Positions 39,936 to 50,314 of a DNA stretch of 64,000 nucleotides are shown piece after piece (position 1 is the stretch's first letter; the number at the start of each line of letters is the position of its first letter). The position numbers were made by a program, and so were the translations under genes. This DNA comes from Candidatus Latescibacterota bacterium (GTDB lineage: Bacteria > Latescibacterota > UBA2968 > UBA8231), in assembly GCA_965221775.1 (NCBI GenBank), contig CBDCSU010000006.1, forward strand, positions 1,728,001-1,792,000, read 5' to 3'. Under the pieces are notes generated by a model. It was not told the DNA's origin, did no database searches, and was given only the letters and a program-made list of their open reading frames with translations.

Positions 39936-40673
39936 TCAGTCCTGGCTCTCGGTGCCGCCCTCGGAGGCCTCGCCGCTCTCGGCGTCCCCGTCTCCTTCCT
40001 CCCCTTCGCCCTCGCCTTCGCCTTCCATGTCCTCCCCCTCCTCGGCTTCCTCGGCGGCGGCGGCGGCCTCCTCTTCCTCGATGGTCAGCCGTGGGGAGAG
40101 CACGCTGACGATGGTGACTCCGCCATCGGTTACGATGCGCGGTTCCACCTCGAGCAGGTCGCTCACGTGGATGCTGTCCCCAATTTCGAGGTCGCTGATG
40201 TCGATCGAGACCTGGGAGGGAAGCTCGGAGGCGATGCAACTCATGGTGATGGAGGTCAGGCTGTGCTGCACGGCACCACCGCCGACCCGCACTCCAACCG
40301 GGGTGCCCGTGGTCATCATGGGCACGGCGACGGTCAGCTCCTCGTCGGGATCGATGCGCAGGAAATCGATGTGCATGACGTCGCCGCGCACTTTGTGGTA
40401 CTGGATCTCCCGGACCACGGCCCGCTCCACCTTTTCGTCCTCCTTCTCGTGGAGCATGAAGATCGAGTTCTGACCTCCACCGAAGAGGGCGCGCTCCAGA
40501 TCATGGGCGACGATCTTGAAGGCCAGCGGCTCCTGCTTGTGCCCGTAGAGAATGCCGGGAAGCATGGCCTGCTCGCGCCGCAGGCGGCCCACGGGACCCT
40601 TGCCCCGCTCCTGGCGGGGCTCGATGGTCAGTTCGATCGTGTCGCGCTGAGAGATCTGCAAGGCAACCGCCAT
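39936..40673 (-). CDS. rplY: 50S ribosomal protein L25/Ctc
   Basis: RLRR..PGILYG, REIQYH, HIDF, GVRVGG, acidic tail. Confidence 0.94.
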   Translation of the reverse strand: MAVALQISQRDTIELTIEPRQERGKGPVGRLRREQAMLPGILYGHKQEPLAFKIVAHDLERALFGGGQNSIFMLHEKEDEKVERAVVREIQYHKVRGDVMHIDFLRIDPDEELTVAVPMMTTGTPVGVRVGGGAVQHSLTSITMSCIASELPSQVSIDISDLEIGDSIHVSDLLEVEPRIVTDGGVTIVSVLSPRLTIEEEEAAAAAEEAEEGEDMEGEGEGEGEEGDGDAESGEASEGGTESQD

Positions 40674-40694
40674 GACCTACCTTCTTCGAAGTAT

Positions 40695-40769
40695 TGGCTG
40701 CCCGGCGAGGACTCGAACCTCGATAGACGGAACCAAAATCCGTTGTCCTACCAGTTGAACGACCGGGCA
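40695..40769 (-). tRNA. tRNA-Gln (TTG), CCA encoded
   Basis: TGCCCGG acceptor, ACGGA-ttTTGgt-TCCGT anticodon arm, GGTTCGAGTCC, ends GCCA; canonical position after ispE. Confidence 0.96.
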
Positions 40770-40786
40770 ACCTGCCGGTCCGCCGC

Positions 40787-41698
40787 TCATGGAGAGGACG
40801 GACACGGCGTACACAGAAAGACCGGAAACCCCGCTTCGCGCAGCCTCTGGGCGGCGCGATTCGCGGCGGTCCGGTCGTCGTAGATGCCGTAAACGGTGGC
40901 GCCGCTGCCCGACATCGAATGGGCCAGCGGGTCCGTGGCGGCCAGCGACTGGCTGGCTCGGGCGACGATGGGTTTGGCGCGTTCGACGAGCGGCTGGAAG
41001 TCGTTGTGCAGCACCGACCACAACCGATTCGCGTCGACGAGCCCGCCGCGTACGTGCTTCAGGAACGTACGATACGGGTCGGGTTCCGACAAGTCGATGG
41101 GGCTGTCCCGCCGCTGCCGGTCCAGCTCCGCGTACGCCCAGGCGGTGTCGACCGGAACCGGCGGACAGACGAGGACGTACCACACGGGCTCCGCGCTCCA
41201 CCGCAGTGGCAGGAGCCGCTCCCCGCGGCCTTCGACCAGGGCGGTCCCCCCCTCGAGGGCGAAGGGCACGTCGGAGCCCAGTTGTCCAGCCATCCGCGAC
41301 AGGGCCCCCATGCCCAGCGGGCGAGAGGCGGCCCGGTCCAGCCCCCTGAGCACGGCGGCGGCGTCGGCGCTGCCTCCGCCCAGTCCGGCGGCTGCGGGAA
41401 TCGCCTTCTCGATGTGCACATGCCGGGGCACGGCGCCGGCCTCCCGCAGATAGAGCTCGGCGGCCCGGTAGGCCAGATTTTCGGGGCCTGAGGGCACGGC
41501 CGGGTCGGAGCAGGTCACCTCGAGATGCCGCGCCGGGCGCATGTACAGCCGGTCCTCGAGGCTGACGGTCTGGAACAATCCGACTAGGTCATGAAACCCG
41601 TCCTGCCGCTGCGACAGCACGCGCAACCCGAGGTTCAGCTTCGCCCGGGCGCTCTCCACCAACTCGCCACCAGAGGACGTAAGTGATTGCTTTGACAC
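40787..41698 (-). CDS. ispE: 4-diphosphocytidyl-2-C-methyl-D-erythritol kinase
   Basis: AKLNLGL, KAIP.AAGLGGGSADAA, GSDVPF, MSGSGATVYG. Confidence 0.95.
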   Translation of the reverse strand: MSKQSLTSSGGELVESARAKLNLGLRVLSQRQDGFHDLVGLFQTVSLEDRLYMRPARHLEVTCSDPAVPSGPENLAYRAAELYLREAGAVPRHVHIEKAIPAAAGLGGGSADAAAVLRGLDRAASRPLGMGALSRMAGQLGSDVPFALEGGTALVEGRGERLLPLRWSAEPVWYVLVCPPVPVDTAWAYAELDRQRRDSPIDLSEPDPYRTFLKHVRGGLVDANRLWSVLHNDFQPLVERAKPIVARASQSLAATDPLAHSMSGSGATVYGIYDDRTAANRAAQRLREAGFPVFLCTPCPSSP

Positions 41699-41701
41699 GT
41701 C

Positions 41702-41730
41702 TTGACCCTGATCTGAAGGACTGGTATACT
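41702..41730 (+). promoter_or_regulatory. Putative sigma70 promoter of the TPR operon
   Basis: TTGACC-17 bp-TATACT with extended -10 TG. Confidence 0.6.
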
Positions 41731-41758
41731 CGCGGAGCAGATTGAATATAGGGCACCC

Positions 41759-44700
41759 GTGCGGGTGCCCTCATCCGAAAGACCTGCCGCCATGGCGGCC
41801 CTGCCTCCACCCTCCAGCATGGATCGATCCCCGGCGAGGAACCGTCCAGGCGGTTCCCATGCCGCCCTCGTCTGCCTCACCCTCCTGGGGGCCGTCCCCG
41901 CATGGCCCGACGCCGATGACGAGTGGCTGCTGGCCCGCAACCTCTACCGCCAGATGGCCGACTACGCCACCGCCGCCCAGCTCTTCGCCGACTTCATCCG
42001 CAACCACCCCGGCCACGCCAACGTGCCCGATGCCCGGCTGCTGCTGGCCCGCTCCTATGCCCGCAGCTCGCGCTGCGCAGAGGCCGTGCCGGCGTACGAC
42101 AGCTTTGTCGAGCGACACTCCGGGCACCTCTCGGTGGCCGAGGCCCGGCGCGAGCGCGCCGACTGCCTGCAGCAACTGGACCGCTTCGAGGAGGCCGCCG
42201 AAGCCTTCGAGGAGGTGCAACGCCTCTACAGCGAGAGCGGGTTCGCCGCCGGCGCCCTCTTGCAGGCGGCCGGCAACCACCTGCGCGCTGGCGACGCGGC
42301 CAACGCCGTGCGGGTATACGACGAACTCCTCTCCGAGTATGGCGCCACGCGGTCGGCGCGCCAGGGCCGGCTCCAACTGGCCAGGGTCCGTTTTGCCGGC
42401 GGCGACCCCGAGGCCGCCCAGGATCTGCTGGGCGCGGTCCGGAAGGCCGCCCCGGCCAGCGAAGAGGCCCGGGACGCCCTGCTGCTGTCCGGGCAGATCC
42501 ACCTGTTCCTCGGCCGCACCGCGGCTGGCGCCACCGCCTTCAGGAGGCTGCATCAGGCCTTCCCCCGCAGCGCCGAGAGCGACTCCGCCCACCTGGTCCT
42601 GGCCAGCCACCACATGGACCGCGGCCGCTACCACGAAGCGGTGACCGCCTATCGGGAAGCGGCCACGGCGATCCGGGATCCAGGCCGGAGGGCCAGGGCC
42701 CGGGTCGGGTATGCCGATGCCCTCCGGCTTTCCGGGCGTCACAAGGAGGCCTTGGCGCTCTACGAACCGCTGTCGCAGACCGGCGCACCGGGCGTGGACG
42801 ACCCGTTGCGTGGCCGAGCGATGCTCGGACGCGCAATCTCTCTAGGACAGACCGGCCGATTCGCACCCGCGGTACGCCTGTTCCTGGACCTCGTGCAAAG
42901 TCCTTCGAGCGGGGGTGCCCCCCCGGCGCACGCGGCCGCGGCCGTGCGCCAGCTCGGGGCCCTCTACCGCCGCCAGGGGGACCTCCCCCGGGCCCGTTCG
43001 TGGTTCCTCCGCTATCTCGACGACGCCGAGCGCCTGGGGTCCGCCTTCCCGGAGTCGGAGGCCGAACGCGACCTCACCCGCCTTCACCTGGCCCAGGTCT
43101 ACGACGCCAGCGGCTACCATGACGAAGCGGTCCGGTTGTTCACGGCCCAGAGTCGAGACTCCGGTCCGTTGGCCGCGGATGCCCAGTACGGGCTTGCCGA
43201 CGCCTACGACGGCGCCGGCGCCCGCAGGCTGGCGGTCGCCGAGTACCGCAACTTCCTCGAGCGTTTTCCGCGCCATCCCCGCGCCTCCCGGGTAAGTCAG
43301 CGCGTCGAATATCTCGACGGTTACACCATCACCGACGCGGACGGCCTCGCCCTGGCCCTGCAGCAGAAGTGGATCGACGAGCTGACGGGAGTGCCCCGCC
43401 GCCGGATCCTGCTCGACGTGGCCCGCATCCTGCGCGACCACCAGGACTTCCCGGGTGCCGTGCGGGCCTGGGGCATCTATGCCGCATCCTATCCGGACGA
43501 CCCGACCGCGGCCGAGGCCCGGTTCCACCTGGCCGACTGCCTCTACCGGCTCGCCCGCCAGCGTCGGCTCGAGGGGCGGAGCGCCGCCGGCGACTCCCTG
43601 TACGCGCTGGCCCTGGAGGAGGACGCCCTTCTGGGGGAGAGCGGAGCCGGCGAGTGGTCGAGGATGGCCCAGCTTCGCCGTGCGGAGTCGATCGCCGACT
43701 CCGCGCCCCAGGATCGGAGACAGCGCACGCTGGAGGCCGGCTACGCCGCCTTCCTCGAGCGGAACCCGTTGTCCGGGGACACCCGTGAGACCCGCGCCCG
43801 GGCCCTGATCGGCCTCGCCGACGCACGGCTCGAGGCAGCCCAGGGCGATACCGGCCGGCTGGCTGGAGCGGACTCGGTGTACGCCCGTCTGCTGAGCGAG
43901 GCCGGCGACACCCAATGGGCGCCCCACGCCCGCTTCGGCCGGGCCGTCGTGCGCTTGCGGACGGGAGAGATCGAAGGGGCCGTCGACGCTCTGAGCGCGC
44001 TGCTGCCCCAGGTCTCCGGAAGCGATCTGCAGCCGCGGGTGCTGGCCACCCTCGGAGGCGCCCTGGCCCGTTCGGGCCGCTTCGAGGAGGCGGCGATGAC
44101 CCTCGGCGAGCTGCAGGCCTATCCCGACTTCGACGGTCGGCGGGAGTCGCAAGAACTCCTGGCCGACATCCACTTCCGCCTCGGAGAGCCGCGCCGGGCG
44201 GGGGAACTGCTCTCCTCCCTGGTCTCAACGGATCCCGACGGCGATCTGGACGGGGTGTTGCGATTCCGGCTTGCCCGCGCCCACGACCGGGCGGGGGACC
44301 TCCCGGCGGCCCTGGCCCTCTACGAGCGCCTCCTCGCCGAGGGTGCCGGTTCCGCGGACTCGCTGCAGTTGGCGAGAGGCCGGTTGCTCGCCCGCCTCGG
44401 TCGGGCCGACGAGGCGTTGGCCGCCTATTCGAGGGTCCGGGGCCCCCCGCGCACCGCCGCAGACCTGGGCGCCGGCGAGCTCCACTTCGAGGCGGAGCGC
44501 TACGGCAGGGCCTGGACCGTGTACGCGCCCCGGCTCGAGAGCGACGAAGCCACGGCTGGCGACATCGGCCGCGCCGTGGTCAGCCTCTTCGAGCTGGGCA
44601 GGACCAAGGAGGCCAAGAGCTGGGCCAAGCGGCACCGGGAGCGCTTTGGAGACGACGGCGTGTGGCCCTATCTGTTCCGTCTGTACGAAGGCCGGGTGCT

Positions 44701-45583
44701 GCTGAAGGCCGGCAAGTGGGAGGCGGCGCGCAAGCACTTCGCCGAGGTCGCCGAGGACGCCGCCAAGAAGCCCGCTCAGGCCTCCTGGGGCCGGGATCCG
44801 GAGGGCCTGCTGGCGCGCATGGCCTCCGACCCGGCCGGGGCCGGAGCCTACTTCGCCGCCACGGCGGAGTGGGAACGCATGCGTTCGGAGCCGAGCGAGG
44901 AGAGCACCGAGCAGGCCCTGAAGGCCCAGTCCGAGTTCGCCGCCGGCTACCCGGACTCGCCTTTCTCGGCCGATGTCCATCTCCGACTCGGGGCCTTTCA
45001 CCAGACCCTGGGCAACCTGCTTCCGGCGGCAGGGGCGTACCGCCGCGTCTTCGAGTCGCCGCGGGCGACCTGGGCGCAACGCCAGGAAGCCGCCTACAAG
45101 CTGTTGCGCTGCTACTCGCGGCTCTACCAGTGGGACGAGGCGCTGCGGGTGGCGCGGCGCATCGAGAGGGAGTTTCCCGAGCACCCGGACCGCCGGGACG
45201 TTCAGTTGGAGATCGGATACATCCTCAAGGAGACCGGCCAGTACGGAGCGGCCATCTCGTACCTGGAGGAGGTACTGGAGTGGGCCAAGGGAGAGGACGC
45301 GGCCGAGGCCCGCTACTACATCGGTCAGTGCTACCAGAACATGAGCGAGTACCGGATGGCGATCCAGGCTTTCGCCCAGGTCGCCTTCCACGGCGCCGAT
45401 GCCAGCGTCAACTGGATCAACTCCGCGGACTTCCAGCGCGCCGGCTGCCACGAACAGCTGGGAGAGTTCGATCAGGCGCGCAGCATCTACCAGAGGATCA
45501 TCAACCGCGAAGGCGCCGGCAGCGAATACGGCCGCGCCGCCCACGAACGCATCCAGGGGATTCCTGGAGGCACCGCCCGGTAA
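41759..45583 (+). CDS. Large exported tetratricopeptide-repeat protein (BamD/CpoB-like repeats)
   Basis: Many TPR motifs (e.g. F..F...HP.H..VPDA, AAEARYYIGQCY); signal-like segment; true start probably at or after 41792. Confidence 0.85.
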   Translation: MRVPSSERPAAMAALPPPSSMDRSPARNRPGGSHAALVCLTLLGAVPAWPDADDEWLLARNLYRQMADYATAAQLFADFIRNHPGHANVPDARLLLARSYARSSRCAEAVPAYDSFVERHSGHLSVAEARRERADCLQQLDRFEEAAEAFEEVQRLYSESGFAAGALLQAAGNHLRAGDAANAVRVYDELLSEYGATRSARQGRLQLARVRFAGGDPEAAQDLLGAVRKAAPASEEARDALLLSGQIHLFLGRTAAGATAFRRLHQAFPRSAESDSAHLVLASHHMDRGRYHEAVTAYREAATAIRDPGRRARARVGYADALRLSGRHKEALALYEPLSQTGAPGVDDPLRGRAMLGRAISLGQTGRFAPAVRLFLDLVQSPSSGGAPPAHAAAAVRQLGALYRRQGDLPRARSWFLRYLDDAERLGSAFPESEAERDLTRLHLAQVYDASGYHDEAVRLFTAQSRDSGPLAADAQYGLADAYDGAGARRLAVAEYRNFLERFPRHPRASRVSQRVEYLDGYTITDADGLALALQQKWIDELTGVPRRRILLDVARILRDHQDFPGAVRAWGIYAASYPDDPTAAEARFHLADCLYRLARQRRLEGRSAAGDSLYALALEEDALLGESGAGEWSRMAQLRRAESIADSAPQDRRQRTLEAGYAAFLERNPLSGDTRETRARALIGLADARLEAAQGDTGRLAGADSVYARLLSEAGDTQWAPHARFGRAVVRLRTGEIEGAVDALSALLPQVSGSDLQPRVLATLGGALARSGRFEEAAMTLGELQAYPDFDGRRESQELLADIHFRLGEPRRAGELLSSLVSTDPDGDLDGVLRFRLARAHDRAGDLPAALALYERLLAEGAGSADSLQLARGRLLARLGRADEALAAYSRVRGPPRTAADLGAGELHFEAERYGRAWTVYAPRLESDEATAGDIGRAVVSLFELGRTKEAKSWAKRHRERFGDDGVWPYLFRLYEGRVLLKAGKWEAARKHFAEVAEDAAKKPAQASWGRDPEGLLARMASDPAGAGAYFAATAEWERMRSEPSEESTEQALKAQSEFAAGYPDSPFSADVHLRLGAFHQTLGNLLPAAGAYRRVFESPRATWAQRQEAAYKLLRCYSRLYQWDEALRVARRIEREFPEHPDRRDVQLEIGYILKETGQYGAAISYLEEVLEWAKGEDAAEARYYIGQCYQNMSEYRMAIQAFAQVAFHGADASVNWINSADFQRAGCHEQLGEFDQARSIYQRIINREGAGSEYGRAAHERIQGIPGGTAR

Positions 45584-45687
45584 GAGGCCGCTCCCGCATG
45601 GTCTGCAAAGCGTCGCGTCCAACCCGGACCGGCCGGGGGTCCCGCCGGGGGCGTTCGATTCCCGGCCGCCTCCTCTGAGTTCCACCC

Positions 45688-47196
45688 ATGGCCCGCAACC
45701 GCTACCTGCTGCTCACCCAAGACCCCGCACTGGCCGACGCCTGCAGCCGGGAGCTTCAGGACGGGTCGTGCGAAGTCATCGAGGTGCGCGATGCCGGCCG
45801 GCTCCCCGTGCTCCTCGACCGGGGCGCCGGCCTCGTCCTCGTCGATCTCAACCTCCCCGACCTCAGCCTGCGGTCGATCGCCGAGGTGCTGGCCGAGCGC
45901 CGCGAGTTGCCGGTCGTCGTCCTGGCCGCGGGCTCCACTGCCGCCTGGGACAAGCTCTCCCGGGGCAGCCCCCTCGAGCAGGTGGTCGAGGTGCCGGTCG
46001 ACGGCGGCCAGCTCACGGCGGCCGTCTCCCGCCTGCTCGAACGCAGCCGCTTCCTGTGCCAACACCTGGTCGGCAACTCCGAGGCCATCCGGACCCTGCG
46101 CGAGCAGATCCTCCTCGTGGGCCCGACGCCGGTGACCGTCCTCATCACCGGGGAGAGCGGCTCCGGCAAGGATGTCGTGGCCCGCGCCCTCCACCACTTC
46201 AGCGGCCGCGACGACAAGCCCTACAAGCCGATCAACTGCGCCGCCATCCCCGAGAACCTTCTGGAGAACGAGTTGTTCGGCCACGAGCGGGGCGCCTTCA
46301 CCGATGCCCGGTCGCAGACCCGGGGCATCTTCGAGCAGGCCCACAAAGGCACGGTGTTCCTCGACGAGATCGGAGAGATGGCCCGCTCGGCGCAGGTGCG
46401 CCTGCTGCGGGTTCTCGAGGAGCGACGCGTCACCCGCATCGGCGGCGACGAGTCGATCGAGGTCGATGTGCGCATGCTGGCGGCCAGCAACAAGGACCTG
46501 CTCTCCTCGGTGAGCCGGGGCGAGTTCAGGCGCGATCTCTACCACCGCCTGAAGGTCGTCGAGCTCTACCTGCCGCCATTGCGTGAGCGGCGCGAGGACA
46601 TCCCACTGCTCCTCGAGCACTTCGTCGAGATCTACAGCCAAGGCCGGAAGGACCGTATCCGGTTCCACGGATTCACCCCGCGGGCCCTCGACCTCCTCGC
46701 CCAGTACGACTGGCCCGGGAACGTCCGCGAGTTGCGCAACCTGGTGGAACATCTCGTCTTCCTGGGACCGGCCGGCCGGGTCGATGCCGACGACCTGCTT
46801 CCCCATCTGGAGCGGGCGCCGGACCTCGGTGTCAACCTGCCCGTCCCGACCTTGAAGACCCCGGATCAGTCGGAGCGCGAGCTGATCTACTTCGCCCTCC
46901 TCGACCTCAAGCGGGAGGTCGCCGACCTGAGGCGGACCATCGAGGAGGGCAGAGCGACGGCCGTACCCCGTCCCGTGCGGCCCGTGTACCAAGTCGACGA
47001 GGACGCGGGAGCAGGCGAGGCCGCCGACCTGGGGGAGGACGACAACGGGGTGCCGCCGTCGCTGAAGGAGCTGGAGCGCGACGCCATCTCCCGGGCCCTG
47101 GAGCAGGTGGGCAACAACCGCCGCAAGGCGGCCGAGCTGCTCGGGATCGGGGAGCGCACCCTGTACCGCAAGCTCGACAAGTACGGGTTCAAGTGA
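45688..47196 (+). CDS. Sigma54-dependent Fis-family transcriptional regulator with atypical receiver
   Basis: GESGSGKD, ELFGHERGAFTDA, FLDEIGEM, WPGNVREL, C-terminal HTH. Confidence 0.92.
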   Translation: MARNRYLLLTQDPALADACSRELQDGSCEVIEVRDAGRLPVLLDRGAGLVLVDLNLPDLSLRSIAEVLAERRELPVVVLAAGSTAAWDKLSRGSPLEQVVEVPVDGGQLTAAVSRLLERSRFLCQHLVGNSEAIRTLREQILLVGPTPVTVLITGESGSGKDVVARALHHFSGRDDKPYKPINCAAIPENLLENELFGHERGAFTDARSQTRGIFEQAHKGTVFLDEIGEMARSAQVRLLRVLEERRVTRIGGDESIEVDVRMLAASNKDLLSSVSRGEFRRDLYHRLKVVELYLPPLRERREDIPLLLEHFVEIYSQGRKDRIRFHGFTPRALDLLAQYDWPGNVRELRNLVEHLVFLGPAGRVDADDLLPHLERAPDLGVNLPVPTLKTPDQSERELIYFALLDLKREVADLRRTIEEGRATAVPRPVRPVYQVDEDAGAGEAADLGEDDNGVPPSLKELERDAISRALEQVGNNRRKAAELLGIGERTLYRKLDKYGFK

Positions 47197-48629
47197 GAGG
47201 CCCCGCGATCCGGGCGCTGGCGGCGGCGTGGCTGCTCGCCTGTACCGCGGCCCTGCCGGCGGCAGGGCAGTCCGGACTGGAGCGGTTCGAGGACCTGAGC
47301 CGCTCCTTCCGCTCCGTCTACGACCGCGTCGCTCCCGCCGTGGTCCTGATCCAGACCTCGGGAGAGGTGCACCCGCTCCCGCGTTTCCACCCGCCGGTCC
47401 CCCGGGGAGACGGAGACGGGCTCAGAGGCCTCGGCTCGGGGGTGATCGTCTCCGCCGACGGCCACATCCTGTCGAATCACCACGTGATCAAGGGGGCCGA
47501 CTCGATACGGGTGACCCTCCACGATCGCCGGCGCTTCCCCGCCCGGGTCGTCGGGGTCGATTCGCTCATCGACATCGCCCTGCTCGAGATCGACGCTCCC
47601 GGCCTGCCCGTCGCTTCCCTCGGCCGGTCCGAGGACCTGCTGATCGGCGACTGGGTGCTGGCCATCGGCTATCCCCTGGGCATGGGAACCACCCTGACCC
47701 ACGGCATCGTCAGCGCCCTCGGCCGGCGTGCCCGGGTGATCGAGGACGACTACGGCATCGAGAGCTTCATCCAGACGAACGCGGTGATCAACCCCGGCAA
47801 CTCGGGGGGGCCGCTCCTGGATCTGCAGGGACGAGTGGTCGGAATCAACACCGCCATCTCCACCCGGACCGGCTTCTTCATGGGCTACGGCCTGGCCGTC
47901 CCCATCGACCTGGCCCGGGAAGCGATGGACGATTTCCTCGTGTACGGCCGGGTCGTGCGGGGTTACCTCGGGGTAGAGATGAGCGATGTCGACGACGAGC
48001 TGGTCCGGCGTGAGGACCTGGACCTGTCGCCGCCGCGAGGCGTTTTCATCACACGGATCGAGCCGCGCACACCCGCCGACCGCAGCGGCTTGTCGGCAGG
48101 CGACGTGGTCCTCGCCATCGACGGCCAGCCGGTGGACCTCACCAACGAGGTGCAGACCCGCATCTATGGCCGTGACCCGGGGGAGAGGGTGGAACTCACC
48201 GTTCTCCGCGCCGGGCGGCGGCACCGGGTCCCGGTCGTCCTCGGCGAGCGGGAGGAGAGCCTGCTCCTGGCCCGCGGCCGGCGCCTGGCGCGGCGTCTCG
48301 GCCTGACCCTGGAATCGATGACGGGGGACCAGGCCATCCGTCTCGGCTTCACCCGGGAGCAGGCGCGCAGACTGAATCTGCCCGAGAGCGCCGGCGCGGT
48401 GGTCATCACCGAGGTGGAGCCCGGAAGCCCGGCGGCGCGGCTCGGACTGGAGGTGGACGACGTCATCACCGAGATCGACCGGACCGCCATCGCCTCCCTC
48501 GATCAGTTCGCGCGCGATCTGGCGCGGCTGAAAGCGGGGGAGTCGGCCCTGCTGTGGCTCTGGCGCCGGGGCCGGGGCATCGACGTCCGAGCCCTTCCCA
48601 TTCATGCGGTTGAGGAGAACGAACCATGA
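47193..48629 (+). CDS. DegP/HtrA serine protease with two PDZ domains
   Basis: GSGVI, SNHHV, DIALL, INPGNSGGPL; signal peptide. Confidence 0.93.
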   Translation: MRGPAIRALAAAWLLACTAALPAAGQSGLERFEDLSRSFRSVYDRVAPAVVLIQTSGEVHPLPRFHPPVPRGDGDGLRGLGSGVIVSADGHILSNHHVIKGADSIRVTLHDRRRFPARVVGVDSLIDIALLEIDAPGLPVASLGRSEDLLIGDWVLAIGYPLGMGTTLTHGIVSALGRRARVIEDDYGIESFIQTNAVINPGNSGGPLLDLQGRVVGINTAISTRTGFFMGYGLAVPIDLAREAMDDFLVYGRVVRGYLGVEMSDVDDELVRREDLDLSPPRGVFITRIEPRTPADRSGLSAGDVVLAIDGQPVDLTNEVQTRIYGRDPGERVELTVLRAGRRHRVPVVLGEREESLLLARGRRLARRLGLTLESMTGDQAIRLGFTREQARRLNLPESAGAVVITEVEPGSPAARLGLEVDDVITEIDRTAIASLDQFARDLARLKAGESALLWLWRRGRGIDVRALPIHAVEENEP

Positions 48630-49759
48630 CCGGATCCCCGGTCGATCTGAACGGGGCCGACGGCCTGTTGATGGTGGGCGACTCCGAACGCAATGCGGAC
48701 CTGTTCTGGGCCACCGGATTCCGGGCGCCCGATCCCTTCATCTACCTGGCCTCGCCCGACAACGCCTGGGTCGTGGTCAAGGACCTCGAGCTGGACCGGG
48801 CCCGGGAGGAAGTGCACGGCGCGGAGGTGCTGGCCGGCTCCAGGTACGACGCCCGGGGCGACGGATCGGCGGCGGGGGGACAGCTCGGCGAGATCCTGCG
48901 CAGCCTGCAGTTGCATCGGCTGCTGGTGCCCGCCGACTTCCCGGTGCATACCGCCGACGAGCTGAGGGACGCGGGTTTCTGCCTGACCGTCGCCGAGCCT
49001 CCCCTGTTTCCGCAGCGGGCGATCAAGTCCGAGGAGGAGGTTGCGGCCATCGCCCAGGCGCAGGAGGGGGCCGAGCGGGCCATGGAGGCGGCCCTGGCCA
49101 TGATCGGGGAGTCCTCCGTCCGCGACGACCTGCTCGTGGGACCGCAGGGGCCTCTGACCTCGGAAGCGGTGCGGCGGCGCATCCACCACGTCCTGCTCGA
49201 CTGCGACTGCCACGGAGAGCACACGATCGTGGCCGGCGGCGAGCAGGCCATCGACCCCCACCAGGGCGGCCACGGCCCCCTGCCCGCCCACCAGCCGATC
49301 ATCATCGACATCTTTCCCCGCCACTCCGTGAGCGGCTATTTCGGCGACATCACGCGTACGGTCGTCCGGGGCCGGGTGTCGGCGGACGTGCAGCGGCTCC
49401 ACGAAGCCGTTGCGGCCGCCCAGCAGGGGGCCTTGGAGAGCATCCGCGACGGGGTCGACGGGGCGGAGGTGCACCAGGCCGTGATCCGAGGTTTCGCCTC
49501 CGCCGGGTACGAGTCCGGAGAGATCGACGGCCGGATGCAGGGCTTCTTCCACGGCACCGGCCATGGTCTCGGCCTGCAGATCCACGAGGCGCCGTACATC
49601 TCCCGGCCTTCCTGCCGGCTCGAGACGGGGCAGGTGGTCACCGTGGAGCCGGGCCTCTACTACGCCGGCCTCGGCGGCTGCCGCATCGAGGATCTCGTGG
49701 TCGTCGAGGACGGCGGCTGCCGCAATCTCACGACCTTCCCCAAGACCCTCTCCGTCTGA
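48626..49759 (+). CDS. Xaa-Pro aminopeptidase (M24B)
   Basis: GYFGDITRT, HGTGHGLGLQIHEAP, TVEPGLY, RIED. Confidence 0.92.
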   Translation: MTGSPVDLNGADGLLMVGDSERNADLFWATGFRAPDPFIYLASPDNAWVVVKDLELDRAREEVHGAEVLAGSRYDARGDGSAAGGQLGEILRSLQLHRLLVPADFPVHTADELRDAGFCLTVAEPPLFPQRAIKSEEEVAAIAQAQEGAERAMEAALAMIGESSVRDDLLVGPQGPLTSEAVRRRIHHVLLDCDCHGEHTIVAGGEQAIDPHQGGHGPLPAHQPIIIDIFPRHSVSGYFGDITRTVVRGRVSADVQRLHEAVAAAQQGALESIRDGVDGAEVHQAVIRGFASAGYESGEIDGRMQGFFHGTGHGLGLQIHEAPYISRPSCRLETGQVVTVEPGLYYAGLGGCRIEDLVVVEDGGCRNLTTFPKTLSV

Positions 49760-49863
49760 CCCGGGCGGTGGCTCGCGAGCGCCCTCCATTTGCCGCGCCT
49801 GCCAACCTTGAGGATCTTCAACAGCCAGAGTTCTCCTTCCCCGGCCCCTGATCGAGTGCCGCC

Positions 49864-50304
49864 ATGAGATGGGCCTTTGCCCTCGGTTCCGTCGCCGCCG
49901 CCGCCGGCGTCATCGCCCTCCTCGCCCTGGGCATCCAGCAGTCGGCGAGCCGTCACATGACCCTCGACGCCCTGCTGGCCGAGGCTCACACCCTCACCGA
50001 AGGGCGCCGAATCCAGCTCGGCGGCTGCACCGTCGTCCCCGGCACCATCGAGTGGGACGAGTACCGCCACCGGCCCCGGTTCCAGATCACCGACGGCGAG
50101 CGCCAGTTGGCCGTCCGCTACACGGGCCACTCGGTGCTGCCCGACACCTTCCAGGACCGCGCCCAGGTCGTGCTCGAGGGCCGCTTCGTGCCGGACCAGC
50201 AACGCTTCGAGGCCGAGGTCGTGCAGGCCAAGTGTCCATCCAAGTACGAGGGCCAGAGCTACGACGATCACCCGGAGGCGTTGAAGCCGTCGGGCAGCAT
50301 CTGA
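49864..50304 (+). CDS. ccmE: Heme chaperone CcmE, Cys variant (CxxxY)
   Basis: PDTF, VVLEG, AKCPSKY. Confidence 0.9.
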   Translation: MRWAFALGSVAAAAGVIALLALGIQQSASRHMTLDALLAEAHTLTEGRRIQLGGCTVVPGTIEWDEYRHRPRFQITDGERQLAVRYTGHSVLPDTFQDRAQVVLEGRFVPDQQRFEAEVVQAKCPSKYEGQSYDDHPEALKPSGSI

Positions 50305-50314
50305 CCCCGGCGGC

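Noticed and set aside
39940-40080. Low-complexity (CCT/TCG)-rich repeat
   Set aside because: It encodes the ordinary acidic tail of L25/Ctc
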